This document shows, in pieces, positions 1 through 9,043 of a DNA stretch of 43,257 nucleotides; positions within the stretch are counted from its first letter, which is position 1; each line of letters begins with the position of its first letter. The notes below the pieces were generated by a model. The model did no database searches. It was not told the DNA's origin and saw only the letters and a program-made list of their open reading frames with translations. Where the stretch lies: the NCBI GenBank assembly GCA_043812195.1, contig JBDRML010000015.1, positions 1 through 43,257 of the forward strand, read 5' to 3'. Source of the stretch: Candidatus Woesearchaeota archaeon (GTDB lineage: Archaea; Nanobdellota; Nanobdellia; SCGC-AAA011-G17; PNOQ01). A program made the translations under genes and the position numbers.

Positions 1-51
1 ATTTCGCACCTAAAACAACCTTTATAAATCTTATTTTTACTTCTAATTTCT

Positions 52-732
52 ATGGAAAAAGACGATACATTTATTTTAATGTCAATGAAAGATAAAAATT
101 CAAAAGAGTTAGCTAATGCTATCTCAAATGAAACTTCAAGAAAAATAATTGCATATTTATCAGATAAGGATGAAGCAACAGAAACACAAATAGCAAAAGA
201 TCTTAATTTACCATTAACTACAATACATTACAATATAAAACTATTATTAAACTCTAAGTTAATACAATCAAAAGAATTCTACTGGAGTAAAAAAGGAAAA
301 GAAATGTTAGTATACAAACTATCTAAGAAATTCATTATAATCGCACCATCAGATTCACCAGGTGCATTAGCAAGACTAAAAAGTCTTTTACCAATTACTT
401 TATTAGCATTAATAGGTTCAGGCATAATTTATTTACTGCAAAAAGGAAAATCTGCAACAATCCAAAGTTTCGAAAAAATAATACCTATTTTAGATGAATC
501 AGGAAATAAAATAGGAGAAACAGTAGATAGTATAACTAAAGGTACAGCAGGAGAAATGGCTTCAGACGCAGGATCACCATTAGTAAATAACATAAGTGGA
601 AACATCCCTAACAAAGCAATCAGAATCATAGAAACAATAATACCAGAGCCAAATTATGCTTTATGGTTTTTACTAGGTGCTTTATTTATAATTCTTTTAG
701 TATTTTTATTCAATTCGAGAAAAAAGAGATAA
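52..732 (+). CDS. Membrane-anchored ArsR-type winged-HTH transcriptional regulator
   Basis: N-terminal ArsR-like HTH (ANAISNETSRKII...TETQIAKDLNLPLTTIHYNIKLL), then two hydrophobic helices (LLPITLLALIGSGIIYLL; YALWFLLGALFIILLVFLF). Confidence 0.8.
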   Translation: MEKDDTFILMSMKDKNSKELANAISNETSRKIIAYLSDKDEATETQIAKDLNLPLTTIHYNIKLLLNSKLIQSKEFYWSKKGKEMLVYKLSKKFIIIAPSDSPGALARLKSLLPITLLALIGSGIIYLLQKGKSATIQSFEKIIPILDESGNKIGETVDSITKGTAGEMASDAGSPLVNNISGNIPNKAIRIIETIIPEPNYALWFLLGALFIILLVFLFNSRKKR

Positions 733-812
733 CTTCAAACAAACTCGCAGTCAAAAAACCATTTATATATTTTTATTTCTATCCTTTCTTATAAAATTCC
801 AAGGAGGAAAAA

Positions 813-1799
813 ATGAAAAAAATATCAGCAATATTTGTTTTACTAGTATTCATAACTTTACCATTAACAAGTGCTAGTGAAACATTCACAGAAGAAACAA
901 TTTGTGGACCAAACGATATAGACTGTCATAGACCAAAAATGGATGTAGTTTTCATTATTGATTCAACAGGATCTATGCATGACGAAATAAGAACCATCAA
1001 AGAATTTTTAATCAACATAGTTGATGAAATTGAGAACGGTTATCCAAAACCAGATGTTAAAGTAGGAGTAGTAGTATACAGAGATTATCCAGATCAAGAA
1101 AGAGAATATCTCTACAAAAAATTAGATTTAACATCAGACCCAAATAAAGCAGTAGAATTCATAAAAGATATAGAAGCAATAGGTGGCGGTGATTATGAAG
1201 AAGCAGTTGAAGCTGGATTAGATGTGGCAATAAATAAACTTAACTGGAGAAGTAATGCTAAAAAAGTTATGTTGTTAATAGGGGATGCACCTCCAAAGCT
1301 TGAACCATATCATAACAACTATGGAAACTTCCCAGAATACTATGAAGGGGAATCTTATTTAATCCAAGAAAGACAATACACTTACAAAGATGCAATTAAA
1401 GACGCAAATGGAAGACAAATAACAATATACACAGCAGCAGGTTCTGGAATGAATTACAGAGGAATACAAATCTGGAAAGAGATAGCAAAAGGAACAGGCG
1501 GATCTTTCATAGAATTAGAATATCAGGTTAAAGATTTAGATCAGTATTATATAGAAGAAAGCATACCTGGTGAGTTTTTAGCAGAAGCAAAAGCTTCAAG
1601 AGATTACGATGCTGCAGATAACACAATAGTAACAAATAATGCCGGAGGATTTGCAAAAGCTGTTCTAAAAAAAGAAGCAGAATCTATTGGAGTAGAATAT
1701 GAAAATCCTTTTGACGAGATAACAGGAGAAGCAACTAGAGAAAACAAAAACATATTTGTAGATTTTTGGGAAACCATAAAAAGTTTCCTTTCTTTTTAA
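813..1799 (+). CDS. Secreted von Willebrand factor A domain protein
   Basis: Signal peptide; MIDAS motif DVVFIIDSTGSM; GGGDYEEAV; LLIGDAPP. Confidence 0.85.
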   Translation: MKKISAIFVLLVFITLPLTSASETFTEETICGPNDIDCHRPKMDVVFIIDSTGSMHDEIRTIKEFLINIVDEIENGYPKPDVKVGVVVYRDYPDQEREYLYKKLDLTSDPNKAVEFIKDIEAIGGGDYEEAVEAGLDVAINKLNWRSNAKKVMLLIGDAPPKLEPYHNNYGNFPEYYEGESYLIQERQYTYKDAIKDANGRQITIYTAAGSGMNYRGIQIWKEIAKGTGGSFIELEYQVKDLDQYYIEESIPGEFLAEAKASRDYDAADNTIVTNNAGGFAKAVLKKEAESIGVEYENPFDEITGEATRENKNIFVDFWETIKSFLSF

Positions 1800-1803
1800 T
1801 TTT

Positions 1804-3570
1804 TTATTCTAAAACAGCCTTTATCCTTCTAATACCAGCAGCAATGCTTTGTTCTTTAACTATTTTAAAATGTCCTAGCTCTTTAGTATTATTTGCATGA
1901 GGACCACCACAGATTTCTTTAGAATAATTCCCAATAGAATAACAAATCACTTTCTTACCATATTTGGCTTCAAAGATTCCACTATATCCTTTCTTTTTAG
2001 CCAAATCATAATTCATTTCTTCTTTTTTAATTAGTAAAGATTCTTTTATTTTTTTATTAACCAGATCCTCAACTTTCTTAATCTCTTCATTAGTCATAGC
2101 CCTATCAAAATTAAAATCAAATCTCATTCTTTCAGAAGTTATATTGCTTCCTCTTTGTTCAATATCTTTACTCAAAACATCTTGCAAAGCCTTCAATAAC
2201 AAATGAGTTGCAGTGTGATATTTTTTAGCCTCTTCAGTACTCTCACCCAAACCACCTTTAAATCTTTTTGTAGCACTTACAGAAGAAACCTTTCTATGTT
2301 TCGAAAATGCATTCTCATAACCTTTCCTATCAATCTTAAAACCTTTTTCTTCAGCCATCTCTTCAGTCAATTCAATTGGAAATCCATAAGTGTCATACAA
2401 CTTAAACACATCACCACCAGGAATAGTTTTAGTTTTCAACTCTTTCATAACTTGTTCTAATAATCTAGTTCCTCTATTCAAACCTTTCAAAAATTTAGCA
2501 TACTCTTCATCAATAATTTTCAAAATATAATCTTTCTTCTTAAGTTTAGGAAATTCATCTTTATACATATCAATAAACAACCCACAAAGAGATAAAACTT
2601 GTTCCTTAGCCAAACCTAATTTATTGCCATACCTAATCATTCTTCTAATAACTCTTCTTAAAACATATCCTTTATCAACTTTTTCAGGCACAACTCCGTC
2701 TCCAATAATAAATACAATAGCCCTACCATGATCTAAAATTATTCTCATAGCTTTATCAACTTCTTTATCCTTGCCAAATTTTTTCTTACATAATTTTTCT
2801 AATTTATTCAAAACAGGTTCAAACAAATCAGTCTCATAAACAGAATTCTTTTTCTGAAGCAACATAGCAAATCTTTCTAATCCAGCTCCAGTATCAACGC
2901 TACTAAAATCTAACTTTTTCAACTTACCTTCACTATCTCTATCAAACTCAATAAATACTAAATTCCAAAACTCAATAAATCGATCACAATCACATCCAGG
3001 TTTACAACTCTTTTTCTCACAACCCTTTCCAGTATCATAATACATTTCAGTGCAAGTTCCACAAGGACCAGTCGGACCTGCAGACCAAAAATTATCATCA
3101 ACACCCAACTCAACAATTCTATTTTTAGGAATACCAATATTTTTCCATATTTTTATTGATTCATTATCTTTAGGAACACTTTTATCACCTTTAAACACAC
3201 TAACCCATATTTTATTTTTATCAAATTTATATTTATTAACAATCAAATCCCATGCTAATTCAATAGTACCAAGTTTCCAATAATCTCCAATACTCCAATT
3301 ACCCATCATAAAGAAAAATGTTAAGCTTCTTGCATTATCTCCCACTTTATCTATATCTCCAGTTCTAAAACATTTCTGAACAGAACATAATCTTCTAGAA
3401 GGGGGTCTTTCTAAACCTAAAAAATATTTCTTCAAAGGCTGCATTCCAGAATTAATAAATAAACTTGAAGGATCATCTTCTTCAGGAATCAAAGAAGCAC
3501 TCTTCAATACTCTGTGTTTTTCTTTTACAAAATAATCTAAATATATATTTGATATATTTTTATAATTCAT
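1804..3570 (-). CDS. alaS: Alanyl-tRNA synthetase, short form lacking C-Ala domain
   Basis: LFINSGMQPLK, QKCFRTGDID, GPTGPCG, EFWNLVF, DTGAGLER; editing motifs HTATH and EICGGPH; ends at AAGIRRIKA. Confidence 0.95.
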   Translation of the reverse strand: MNYKNISNIYLDYFVKEKHRVLKSASLIPEEDDPSSLFINSGMQPLKKYFLGLERPPSRRLCSVQKCFRTGDIDKVGDNARSLTFFFMMGNWSIGDYWKLGTIELAWDLIVNKYKFDKNKIWVSVFKGDKSVPKDNESIKIWKNIGIPKNRIVELGVDDNFWSAGPTGPCGTCTEMYYDTGKGCEKKSCKPGCDCDRFIEFWNLVFIEFDRDSEGKLKKLDFSSVDTGAGLERFAMLLQKKNSVYETDLFEPVLNKLEKLCKKKFGKDKEVDKAMRIILDHGRAIVFIIGDGVVPEKVDKGYVLRRVIRRMIRYGNKLGLAKEQVLSLCGLFIDMYKDEFPKLKKKDYILKIIDEEYAKFLKGLNRGTRLLEQVMKELKTKTIPGGDVFKLYDTYGFPIELTEEMAEEKGFKIDRKGYENAFSKHRKVSSVSATKRFKGGLGESTEEAKKYHTATHLLLKALQDVLSKDIEQRGSNITSERMRFDFNFDRAMTNEEIKKVEDLVNKKIKESLLIKKEEMNYDLAKKKGYSGIFEAKYGKKVICYSIGNYSKEICGGPHANNTKELGHFKIVKEQSIAAGIRRIKAVLE

Positions 3571-3614
3571 ATCAAAAATAACCAGAAATTCTTATTTAAA
3601 GTTATCTATTTGTA

Positions 3615-3636
3615 TAATAAATAATTTTAAAAAGCA
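3615..3636 (+). repeat. 22-bp inverted repeat, left copy (TAATAAATAATTTTAAAAAGCA); contains a BRE/TATA-like sequence upstream of the integrase
   Basis: Exact reverse complement of 8176..8197. Confidence 0.85.
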
Positions 3637-3667
3637 AGCTAATATACTAAAATTTATTGAAAGAAAA

Positions 3668-4930
3668 ATGGGATTAGAAAAGATACGAGAAGAAAAATTA
3701 AAGGAAACAATACAACGAGTATTAAAAGACGACATAAAACCAGCATATAAAAATAAATTTTATATGAACAAAAAGCTAAGTGAAAATAACAAAAAAATAC
3801 TAGTAGACTTCTATAGGGATTTAGTATTAAGTAAAGTTCCATCAAAACATAGAAGAGCATTATCTCTACAGACACACCTATCATATATGAAAACTATAAG
3901 ATTACTAGGATTATTTACTAACAAAGACTATAAAGAAATAGGAATGGAAGATGTAGATAAATATGTGATGTATTATATCGATAGAGGGTCTACACACGGA
4001 ACATTAAACACTCTTAGAAAGTGTGTTAAAGTCTTCTTTCGGTGGTTAGGTAAACCAGAAATTGATGATGGTCTAAAAATTGAGCCAATGTTAATAAAAA
4101 GAAACAGAACTAGCGATTTGTTAACTAGTGAAGACATAAAGACTTTAGTTGGTGCATGTAAGAATTTAAGAGATAAAGTAATAATACAACTATTATATGA
4201 TTCAGGTATGAGAGTTGGCGAATTATTAAATCTTAGAATAAAGGACATTAACTTTGATGACTATGGAGCTGAAATTGAATTAAAAGGAAAAACAGGAGAG
4301 AGAAAGATTAGAGTAGTAGATTCTGTTAGCATCCTTTTACAATTTATTAACCAACATCCATTTAAGAACGACAGGGAACATTGCTTGTTTTATTGTTTTG
4401 GTTCAAAAAAATTTGGTTCACCACTTGAAAGACCTAGTATTCATTCTCTTTTAAGAGAAGTTAAGGACAGAACTGGAATAGAGAAACCAACTAACCCACA
4501 TAATTTTAGACATTCACACTTAGATTATTTAGGTAAATGTGGGTTTAATGAAAGAGATATAATGATGAGAGCAGGTTGGAAGACACCAGACATGGCTAAA
4601 GTTTATCTCCACTATGGAGAAGACCACACAAATAATAAATATGCTGAACTGAAAGGAAAGACAATTATTAAACAGGAACTAAAGACTAATGAATTACAAG
4701 CAGTCATTTGTAAGAGGTGTCAGCAAACTAATAACTTTGATAACTTATATTGTTCTAAATGTGGGTTTGCACTAGGAAAATCACTAAAAGACATTAAAGA
4801 AAAACAGGACAACTTCTTATTAAACCTACAAGATGAAATTAGAAAGCTTAAAGGTGCCATTAATAATATAGGTGAATCACATCTACTTAACCCACCTATC
4901 AAAATGATTAATGAGTTGGAGGTTAATTAA
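3668..4930 (+). CDS. Tyrosine recombinase/integrase with C-terminal Zn ribbon
   Basis: Catalytic residues in LYDSGMRVGE, KGKTGER, HNFRHS, RAGW, KVYLH; C-terminal CKRC...YCSKCG. Confidence 0.92.
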   Translation: MGLEKIREEKLKETIQRVLKDDIKPAYKNKFYMNKKLSENNKKILVDFYRDLVLSKVPSKHRRALSLQTHLSYMKTIRLLGLFTNKDYKEIGMEDVDKYVMYYIDRGSTHGTLNTLRKCVKVFFRWLGKPEIDDGLKIEPMLIKRNRTSDLLTSEDIKTLVGACKNLRDKVIIQLLYDSGMRVGELLNLRIKDINFDDYGAEIELKGKTGERKIRVVDSVSILLQFINQHPFKNDREHCLFYCFGSKKFGSPLERPSIHSLLREVKDRTGIEKPTNPHNFRHSHLDYLGKCGFNERDIMMRAGWKTPDMAKVYLHYGEDHTNNKYAELKGKTIIKQELKTNELQAVICKRCQQTNNFDNLYCSKCGFALGKSLKDIKEKQDNFLLNLQDEIRKLKGAINNIGESHLLNPPIKMINELEVN

Positions 4931-4931
4931 A

Positions 4932-5069
4932 ATGAGCAATCTATGTGAAGTATGTAATAAAAGAATTAAAGACAAATGGAAACAAATAACTTTGAATGTA
5001 AAAACAAAAGAATATTATGTATGTAGTGATAAGTGTTGTTTGAAATTTGTAGAGAAAATAGAAATGTAA
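4932..5069 (+). CDS. Small TRASH/MYM-like Zn-binding protein (45 aa; not in ORF track)
   Basis: MSNLCEVCNKRIKDKWKQITLNVKTKEYYVCSDKCCLKFVEKIEM; starts 1 nt after the integrase stop. Confidence 0.65.
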   Translation: MSNLCEVCNKRIKDKWKQITLNVKTKEYYVCSDKCCLKFVEKIEM

Positions 5070-5074
5070 TTTTT

Positions 5075-5209
5075 TTATTCTTTATTCTTTTTTCTTTTCT
5101 TTAATTTTTTTTGTAACCATCTAATAAAGAGATGCATTCCTACAAATCCTAATATTGTGAATACAATACTTACTATTGCAGTTGGCCAATCTGTTGGTAG
5201 GTTTGACAT
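5075..5209 (-). CDS. Small single-pass membrane protein with basic tail (44 aa; not in ORF track)
   Basis: MSNLPTDWPTAIVSIVFTILGFVGMHLFIRWLQKKLKKRKKNKE. Confidence 0.55.
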   Translation of the reverse strand: MSNLPTDWPTAIVSIVFTILGFVGMHLFIRWLQKKLKKRKKNKE

Positions 5210-5374
5210 ATAATTATTATAATTATAGTTATTATAAACGTTTTTGTTTTAAGGAACCGATCGGAGATATAATAATGTTTAGAGATGTTGGTCTGTGCAA
5301 AATAAGGTATTAAACATTCAGTTCTAAGTTTAAATCACATTGAACCTATTTAAAAATAAGTTGCTGAGAGTGTG

Positions 5375-5410
5375 ATAGGTGTATTATATATCTAATTTAA
5401 ATACACCTAT
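5375..5410. repeat. Perfect 11-bp inverted repeat with 14-nt AT-rich spacer
   Basis: ATAGGTGTATT (5375-5385) and AATACACCTAT (5400-5410). Confidence 0.7.
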
Positions 5411-5479
5411 AGTTGAATTATATGTTTTCGAAAAGGATCTAACAGGGTGAAACTATATGCTCCCTAGTGAATCCTACAG

Positions 5480-5734
5480 CTATGCTGTCATAGGATTATG
5501 AGTATCACCATTTCTTTCGGCTTTTAATTTCTTGAATATGATTAGAGCTACATCCACATCATTCTGTGTCAAGCTTCCTTCTAATGTCAGAGTTAACTCT
5601 GGTGTTACAATATTCACACTCTTTTTAAGAGCTTCAATTTCAGATTTATCTTTAAGAAATAGAACGCGTTGTTCTAGTATTTCTATTCTCTTCTTTAAAC
5701 TATATTCTTTATCTTTTGTTTTAGGGCTTGTCAT
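5480..5734 (-). CDS. Hypothetical coiled-coil protein of the element
   Basis: Overlaps the stop of the upstream ORF; heptad-like LKKRIEILEQRVLFL. Confidence 0.55.
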   Translation of the reverse strand: MTSPKTKDKEYSLKKRIEILEQRVLFLKDKSEIEALKKSVNIVTPELTLTLEGSLTQNDVDVALIIFKKLKAERNGDTHNPMTA

Positions 5735-5946
5735 ACTCTTAACTTCCTTGCTAGTTGTAGTTTGGTTGTAAAATAGTTAGAATGCATATAACAACAGAAT
5801 CTTTCAGTATCATATGAATGTTTAGACGATAAATTATCTAAAGCTATGTCTAGTTTGTCTACCTTGATTTTCTTTCCACAATAAATACATCTCCTACTAC
5901 TATTATCTTCTACCAATTTGTTAGACATTTCTTTATATTTTTTCAT
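5731..5946 (-). CDS. Small Zn-binding (TRASH-like) protein
   Basis: CIYCGK...RFCCYMH; translationally coupled. Confidence 0.55.
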   Translation of the reverse strand: MKKYKEMSNKLVEDNSSRRCIYCGKKIKVDKLDIALDNLSSKHSYDTERFCCYMHSNYFTTKLQLARKLRV

Positions 5947-6064
5947 TGGCTAGTGTTAGTTTGTGTAATAAGTCTCTAATATCTAATAGAGCGATTAGGA
6001 TTCCGTCTGATGTGGATAATGCTCCTATTTCTTTATCTTCTAGTAGACTATTTTTTGTGTCCAT
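5933..6064 (-). CDS. Small hypothetical protein (43 aa; not in ORF track)
   Basis: MDTKNSLLEDKEIGALSTSDGILIALLDIRDLLHKLTLANEKI; overlaps the next ORF start. Confidence 0.45.
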   Translation of the reverse strand: MDTKNSLLEDKEIGALSTSDGILIALLDIRDLLHKLTLANEKI

Positions 6065-6110
6065 TAAGTTGGTGGTGTCCTCCCATTTTGGTAAATGTGA
6101 ATTTCATTAG

Positions 6111-6340
6111 TAGGGACTCCATAATACTCATTATTACTCATATACAACTTTTTCCGGTTGGTCTTCTTATATATCCCTCCAATCCAAAAATGAGTAATAT
6201 GAGTAATAATGAAGAATAGGGGACTCCTATTGATATTATTAATAATTTTACTAAAAATTTTAATACTCATAATACTCATATTACTAACTATCTTTTTAGA
6301 TATTAATTCATTTTGAAAAAGAATAATATGTGTAATAATT
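6111..6340. repeat. Iteron-like cluster, putative replication origin of the element
   Basis: TACTCAT at 6125, 6135, 6264, 6273; inverted ATGAGTA at 6190, 6199; AT-rich spacer; directly downstream of the SF3 helicase gene. Confidence 0.7.
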
Positions 6341-6348
6341 TTCATATT

Positions 6349-7908
6349 TTAATTTACCCCTCTCTTTAATGTCAATCCTAGAATATGTCTACTAGTAGTA
6401 TATTCATTAGTAATTTCATTTTTTACATTCTTAGGTCTTATCTCCCAACCTAATTTTTTAAGTCTCTTACTCAATTCAATTTTTGAAATAGTGTTCTTAT
6501 TATTTTTCTTCAAGAATGACAGGTAAGATATATAAAAAGTAGAAAAGTCTATACTATCATTTGAATCATTACATACACATTCTTTTGAGATAAATATTTC
6601 TTCTTGTGTTATTGCTCTCTCATTGTATCTTTGTCTTCTTATATTAAAATCCCCATCATTAGTAAATATTCGTTCTATATATAACTTCTTAGCAAGTCTT
6701 AAACATTTCTTAGCTAGATTCCTATATTCTTCTTCTGGTATTTTTGATAGTACATCTTTTTCTTTAGTAAAAGTATTAGGAAAATCAATAATCTTAACTC
6801 TTCTAAAGAAACCATCAGAATCATCTTCAGATTTAGGAATCTTATTAGTAGGAATAAGAAACTTAGCATAATTAATAATATCAAATAATGCACCACCTTT
6901 ATACTCAGCAGGTAACGAATCTTCACCACTACCTCTCTTCAAAATATCTGATTTTTTTATTTCATCAACTTCAGTTTCTGATAATGTGACTACTAGTTTT
7001 TTATGAAATTTAGTAGTCTCAAATCTTGGATTATTCATTAACATTTCAATACTTGAAGAAGTTACATTATGAGAACCAATAAATTTTTCTAAAAGTTTAT
7101 CAAATGTAGATTTACCATTTGCTCCACTTCCAAAGAAAAAGAAAACTCTATGAATAAAATATTGGGGTACACAGCAAAAAGCCAAAATTTCATATAGTTC
7201 TTGCTTATGTTCTTCACCTACCCAACTAATAAATAAATTATCAATCTTAGGAGTGTCTTCACTATCACCAACATCAAACATAATAGGATTAGTAACAAAA
7301 TGTTTAGGTTCAGCTTCCATAATTTCATCTGTTTCTATATCATATATTTTATTTTTAAATTGAATCCAAGTATTTTTAGATTCTGATGGAGTATATTTTC
7401 TCCCTAATTGTTTTAGAACATTCAATATTTCAGTTCTAGATTTTGTTTCTATAATCCCTACTTTCATTAAATCTCTAATTTTATTTAAAATTGTTATTTC
7501 ATCTATTGTTTCATAACAGAATTTTTCACTATTCCAAAACCAAAATCTTTTATTTTCATCATAAAAAAATGGTTGATGTTTATAAAATTCTTCTGCTTGT
7601 CCCCATCTACCAAATGAATTAAAAGAATTTTTAACTTCTTTATCCATTTCTTCTTTTCTTTCTGCTAGTTGTTTATGTATATGTTCTGAACCTAATCTAA
7701 TTTTTTTTGATACTTCATCATAATCGGTTGTTATATATGGCAATTCTTTTTTAATCTCTGTAAGTCTTTCTCTTAATTGATTTTCAGCAGCACCTCTAAT
7801 ATAGTTTCTAATTTTACCTCTGTCTTCAGCTCCTAGGTTTGTTAGTTGGGGTAGTATGTCATTTTCTATTTCTTTCTTTAAATCATTGAAATCAATTTCA
7901 GTAGTCAT
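6349..7908 (-). CDS. D5/P4-type superfamily 3 helicase (replication protein); no recognisable primase domain
   Basis: D5_N-like WIQFKNKIYDI; Walker A GSGANGKS; SGEDSLPAEYKG; PTNKIPK; DGFFRRVKIIDF; C-terminal winged-helix-like region. Confidence 0.88.
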   Translation of the reverse strand: MTTEIDFNDLKKEIENDILPQLTNLGAEDRGKIRNYIRGAAENQLRERLTEIKKELPYITTDYDEVSKKIRLGSEHIHKQLAERKEEMDKEVKNSFNSFGRWGQAEEFYKHQPFFYDENKRFWFWNSEKFCYETIDEITILNKIRDLMKVGIIETKSRTEILNVLKQLGRKYTPSESKNTWIQFKNKIYDIETDEIMEAEPKHFVTNPIMFDVGDSEDTPKIDNLFISWVGEEHKQELYEILAFCCVPQYFIHRVFFFFGSGANGKSTFDKLLEKFIGSHNVTSSSIEMLMNNPRFETTKFHKKLVVTLSETEVDEIKKSDILKRGSGEDSLPAEYKGGALFDIINYAKFLIPTNKIPKSEDDSDGFFRRVKIIDFPNTFTKEKDVLSKIPEEEYRNLAKKCLRLAKKLYIERIFTNDGDFNIRRQRYNERAITQEEIFISKECVCNDSNDSIDFSTFYISYLSFLKKNNKNTISKIELSKRLKKLGWEIRPKNVKNEITNEYTTSRHILGLTLKRGVN

Positions 7909-8093
7909 TTTCTAGTCTCCGTTCTAAAATCAATAGTAGTATCTTCTATACTGAGAATATATTTTTTATTTATTGAGTGTATCTTATTACCAGTCTTAAA
8001 GGTAATCCAATCTTGATCTTCACGTAAAATTAAACCAAATAGAACTTTTACTTCATTATTGATAGTATCAATTTTAATTTTTTTACATTTCAT
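7905..8093 (-). CDS. Small Sm/Hfq-like beta-rich protein (tentative)
   Basis: VLFGLILREDQDWITFKTGNKIHSINKKYILSIE follows the Sm1/Sm2 pattern; coupled to the helicase gene. Confidence 0.45.
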   Translation of the reverse strand: MKCKKIKIDTINNEVKVLFGLILREDQDWITFKTGNKIHSINKKYILSIEDTTIDFRTETRK

Positions 8094-8175
8094 TTTATAT
8101 TTCTCTCTACATTTATTTTAATCTTTCAACCTAGAACTTAAATCTTGAATCTTATCTAAAATTAATAATCACATC

Positions 8176-8197
8176 TGCTTTTTAAAATTATTTATTA
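8176..8197 (-). repeat. 22-bp inverted repeat, right copy; promoter-like for the replication operon
   Basis: TGCTTTTTAAAATTATTTATTA is the exact reverse complement of 3615..3636. Confidence 0.85.
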
Positions 8198-8334
8198 AGA
8201 TCTTATGAGAAAATACAAACCCATGAAGATTTCGGTAGTTATGCTTGTGTATAAGCAATAAAGAAGAAGCTTTAAAGAAATATGATAGCTTAAAATAAAA
8301 ATCACTAGATTGATATTTTTAGGTACTATATGTC

Positions 8335-8396
8335 AAATCGCAACCTTTTTAAGACTTAATATTTCCTTAAAAATCATAGATTTAAGGTTTAATATG
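8335..8396 (+). promoter_or_regulatory. Repeated promoter/leader, copy 1
   Basis: CTTTTTAAGACTTAA-N16-ATAGATTTAAGGTTTAA then ATG; both blocks and the spacing recur at 10647..10709. Confidence 0.7.
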
Positions 8397-8801
8397 TCAA
8401 GAAGACACAAATATAAGCAACACAAAAGTAGAAGTGGAAGTTTGTTAAGAAATAGAACTTTAATCAGAACAATCTTGATTATTATTTGTTTGGTTTTATT
8501 AAGTATTTTTTTGATTACATTTAACACGAATATCTTTATTGCTCTAGCATTTGTAGGACTTATTCTATTTATTTATTGGGAAAGTACATTAACACTAGAA
8601 GAAAAGAGAAGGAGAGCTGAGAAACAAGCCAAACAAAGAGAAGAAAGAGAGCATTACAAAAGAGTTGAGAAAGAGGCTTATATTTCTGGAAGAGCTCAAG
8701 AAAGAGGTAGAATGAGAGCTGAGAGAGATGAAGTTCAAAGAAAAGCAGAAGTGGAATACCAAAAAAAACTTAGGAAAAAAATGTTTGGGGGTTGGAGATG
8801 A
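8394..8801 (+). CDS. Two-TM membrane protein with charged coiled-coil tail
   Basis: Start moved to ATG 8394 after the repeated leader; two hydrophobic helices then an E/R/K-rich tail. Confidence 0.65.
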   Translation: MSRRHKYKQHKSRSGSLLRNRTLIRTILIIICLVLLSIFLITFNTNIFIALAFVGLILFIYWESTLTLEEKRRRAEKQAKQREEREHYKRVEKEAYISGRAQERGRMRAERDEVQRKAEVEYQKKLRKKMFGGWR

Positions 8802-9043
8802 ATAAAACATATTTATTCTTAGGAATTGTGATTGTGCTTATTGTTCTTGGTGGGTTTGGAATGGTGGGCGTAATAGGTTATTTATTAGGGGTATTTGCAG
8901 TTATATACATTCTTTATTGGATTTTTTTAAGACCTGTAGTAAAACATAAGGGTTGGGAATGCGAATTCTGTTCAAGAAAGTTTTCAACAGAAGTGGGAGC
9001 AGAAAAACACGAAAAGAAATGTAGTAAGAGGAAGAAGAAATGA
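8798..9043 (+). CDS. Two-TM membrane protein with C-terminal C2HC Zn finger
   Basis: Hydrophobic hairpin, then WECEFCSRKFSTEVGAEKHEKKC. Confidence 0.7.
   Translation: MNKTYLFLGIVIVLIVLGGFGMVGVIGYLLGVFAVIYILYWIFLRPVVKHKGWECEFCSRKFSTEVGAEKHEKKCSKRKKK

Noticed and set aside
6064-6345. 93-aa ORF in the track
   Set aside because: Its repeated peptides (ITH, MSI/MSN) derive from the TACTCAT repeats; better explained as an origin
8200-8300. Possible decayed small gene (EDFGSYA...EEALKKYDSLK)
   Set aside because: Fragmentary across frames; too weak to call
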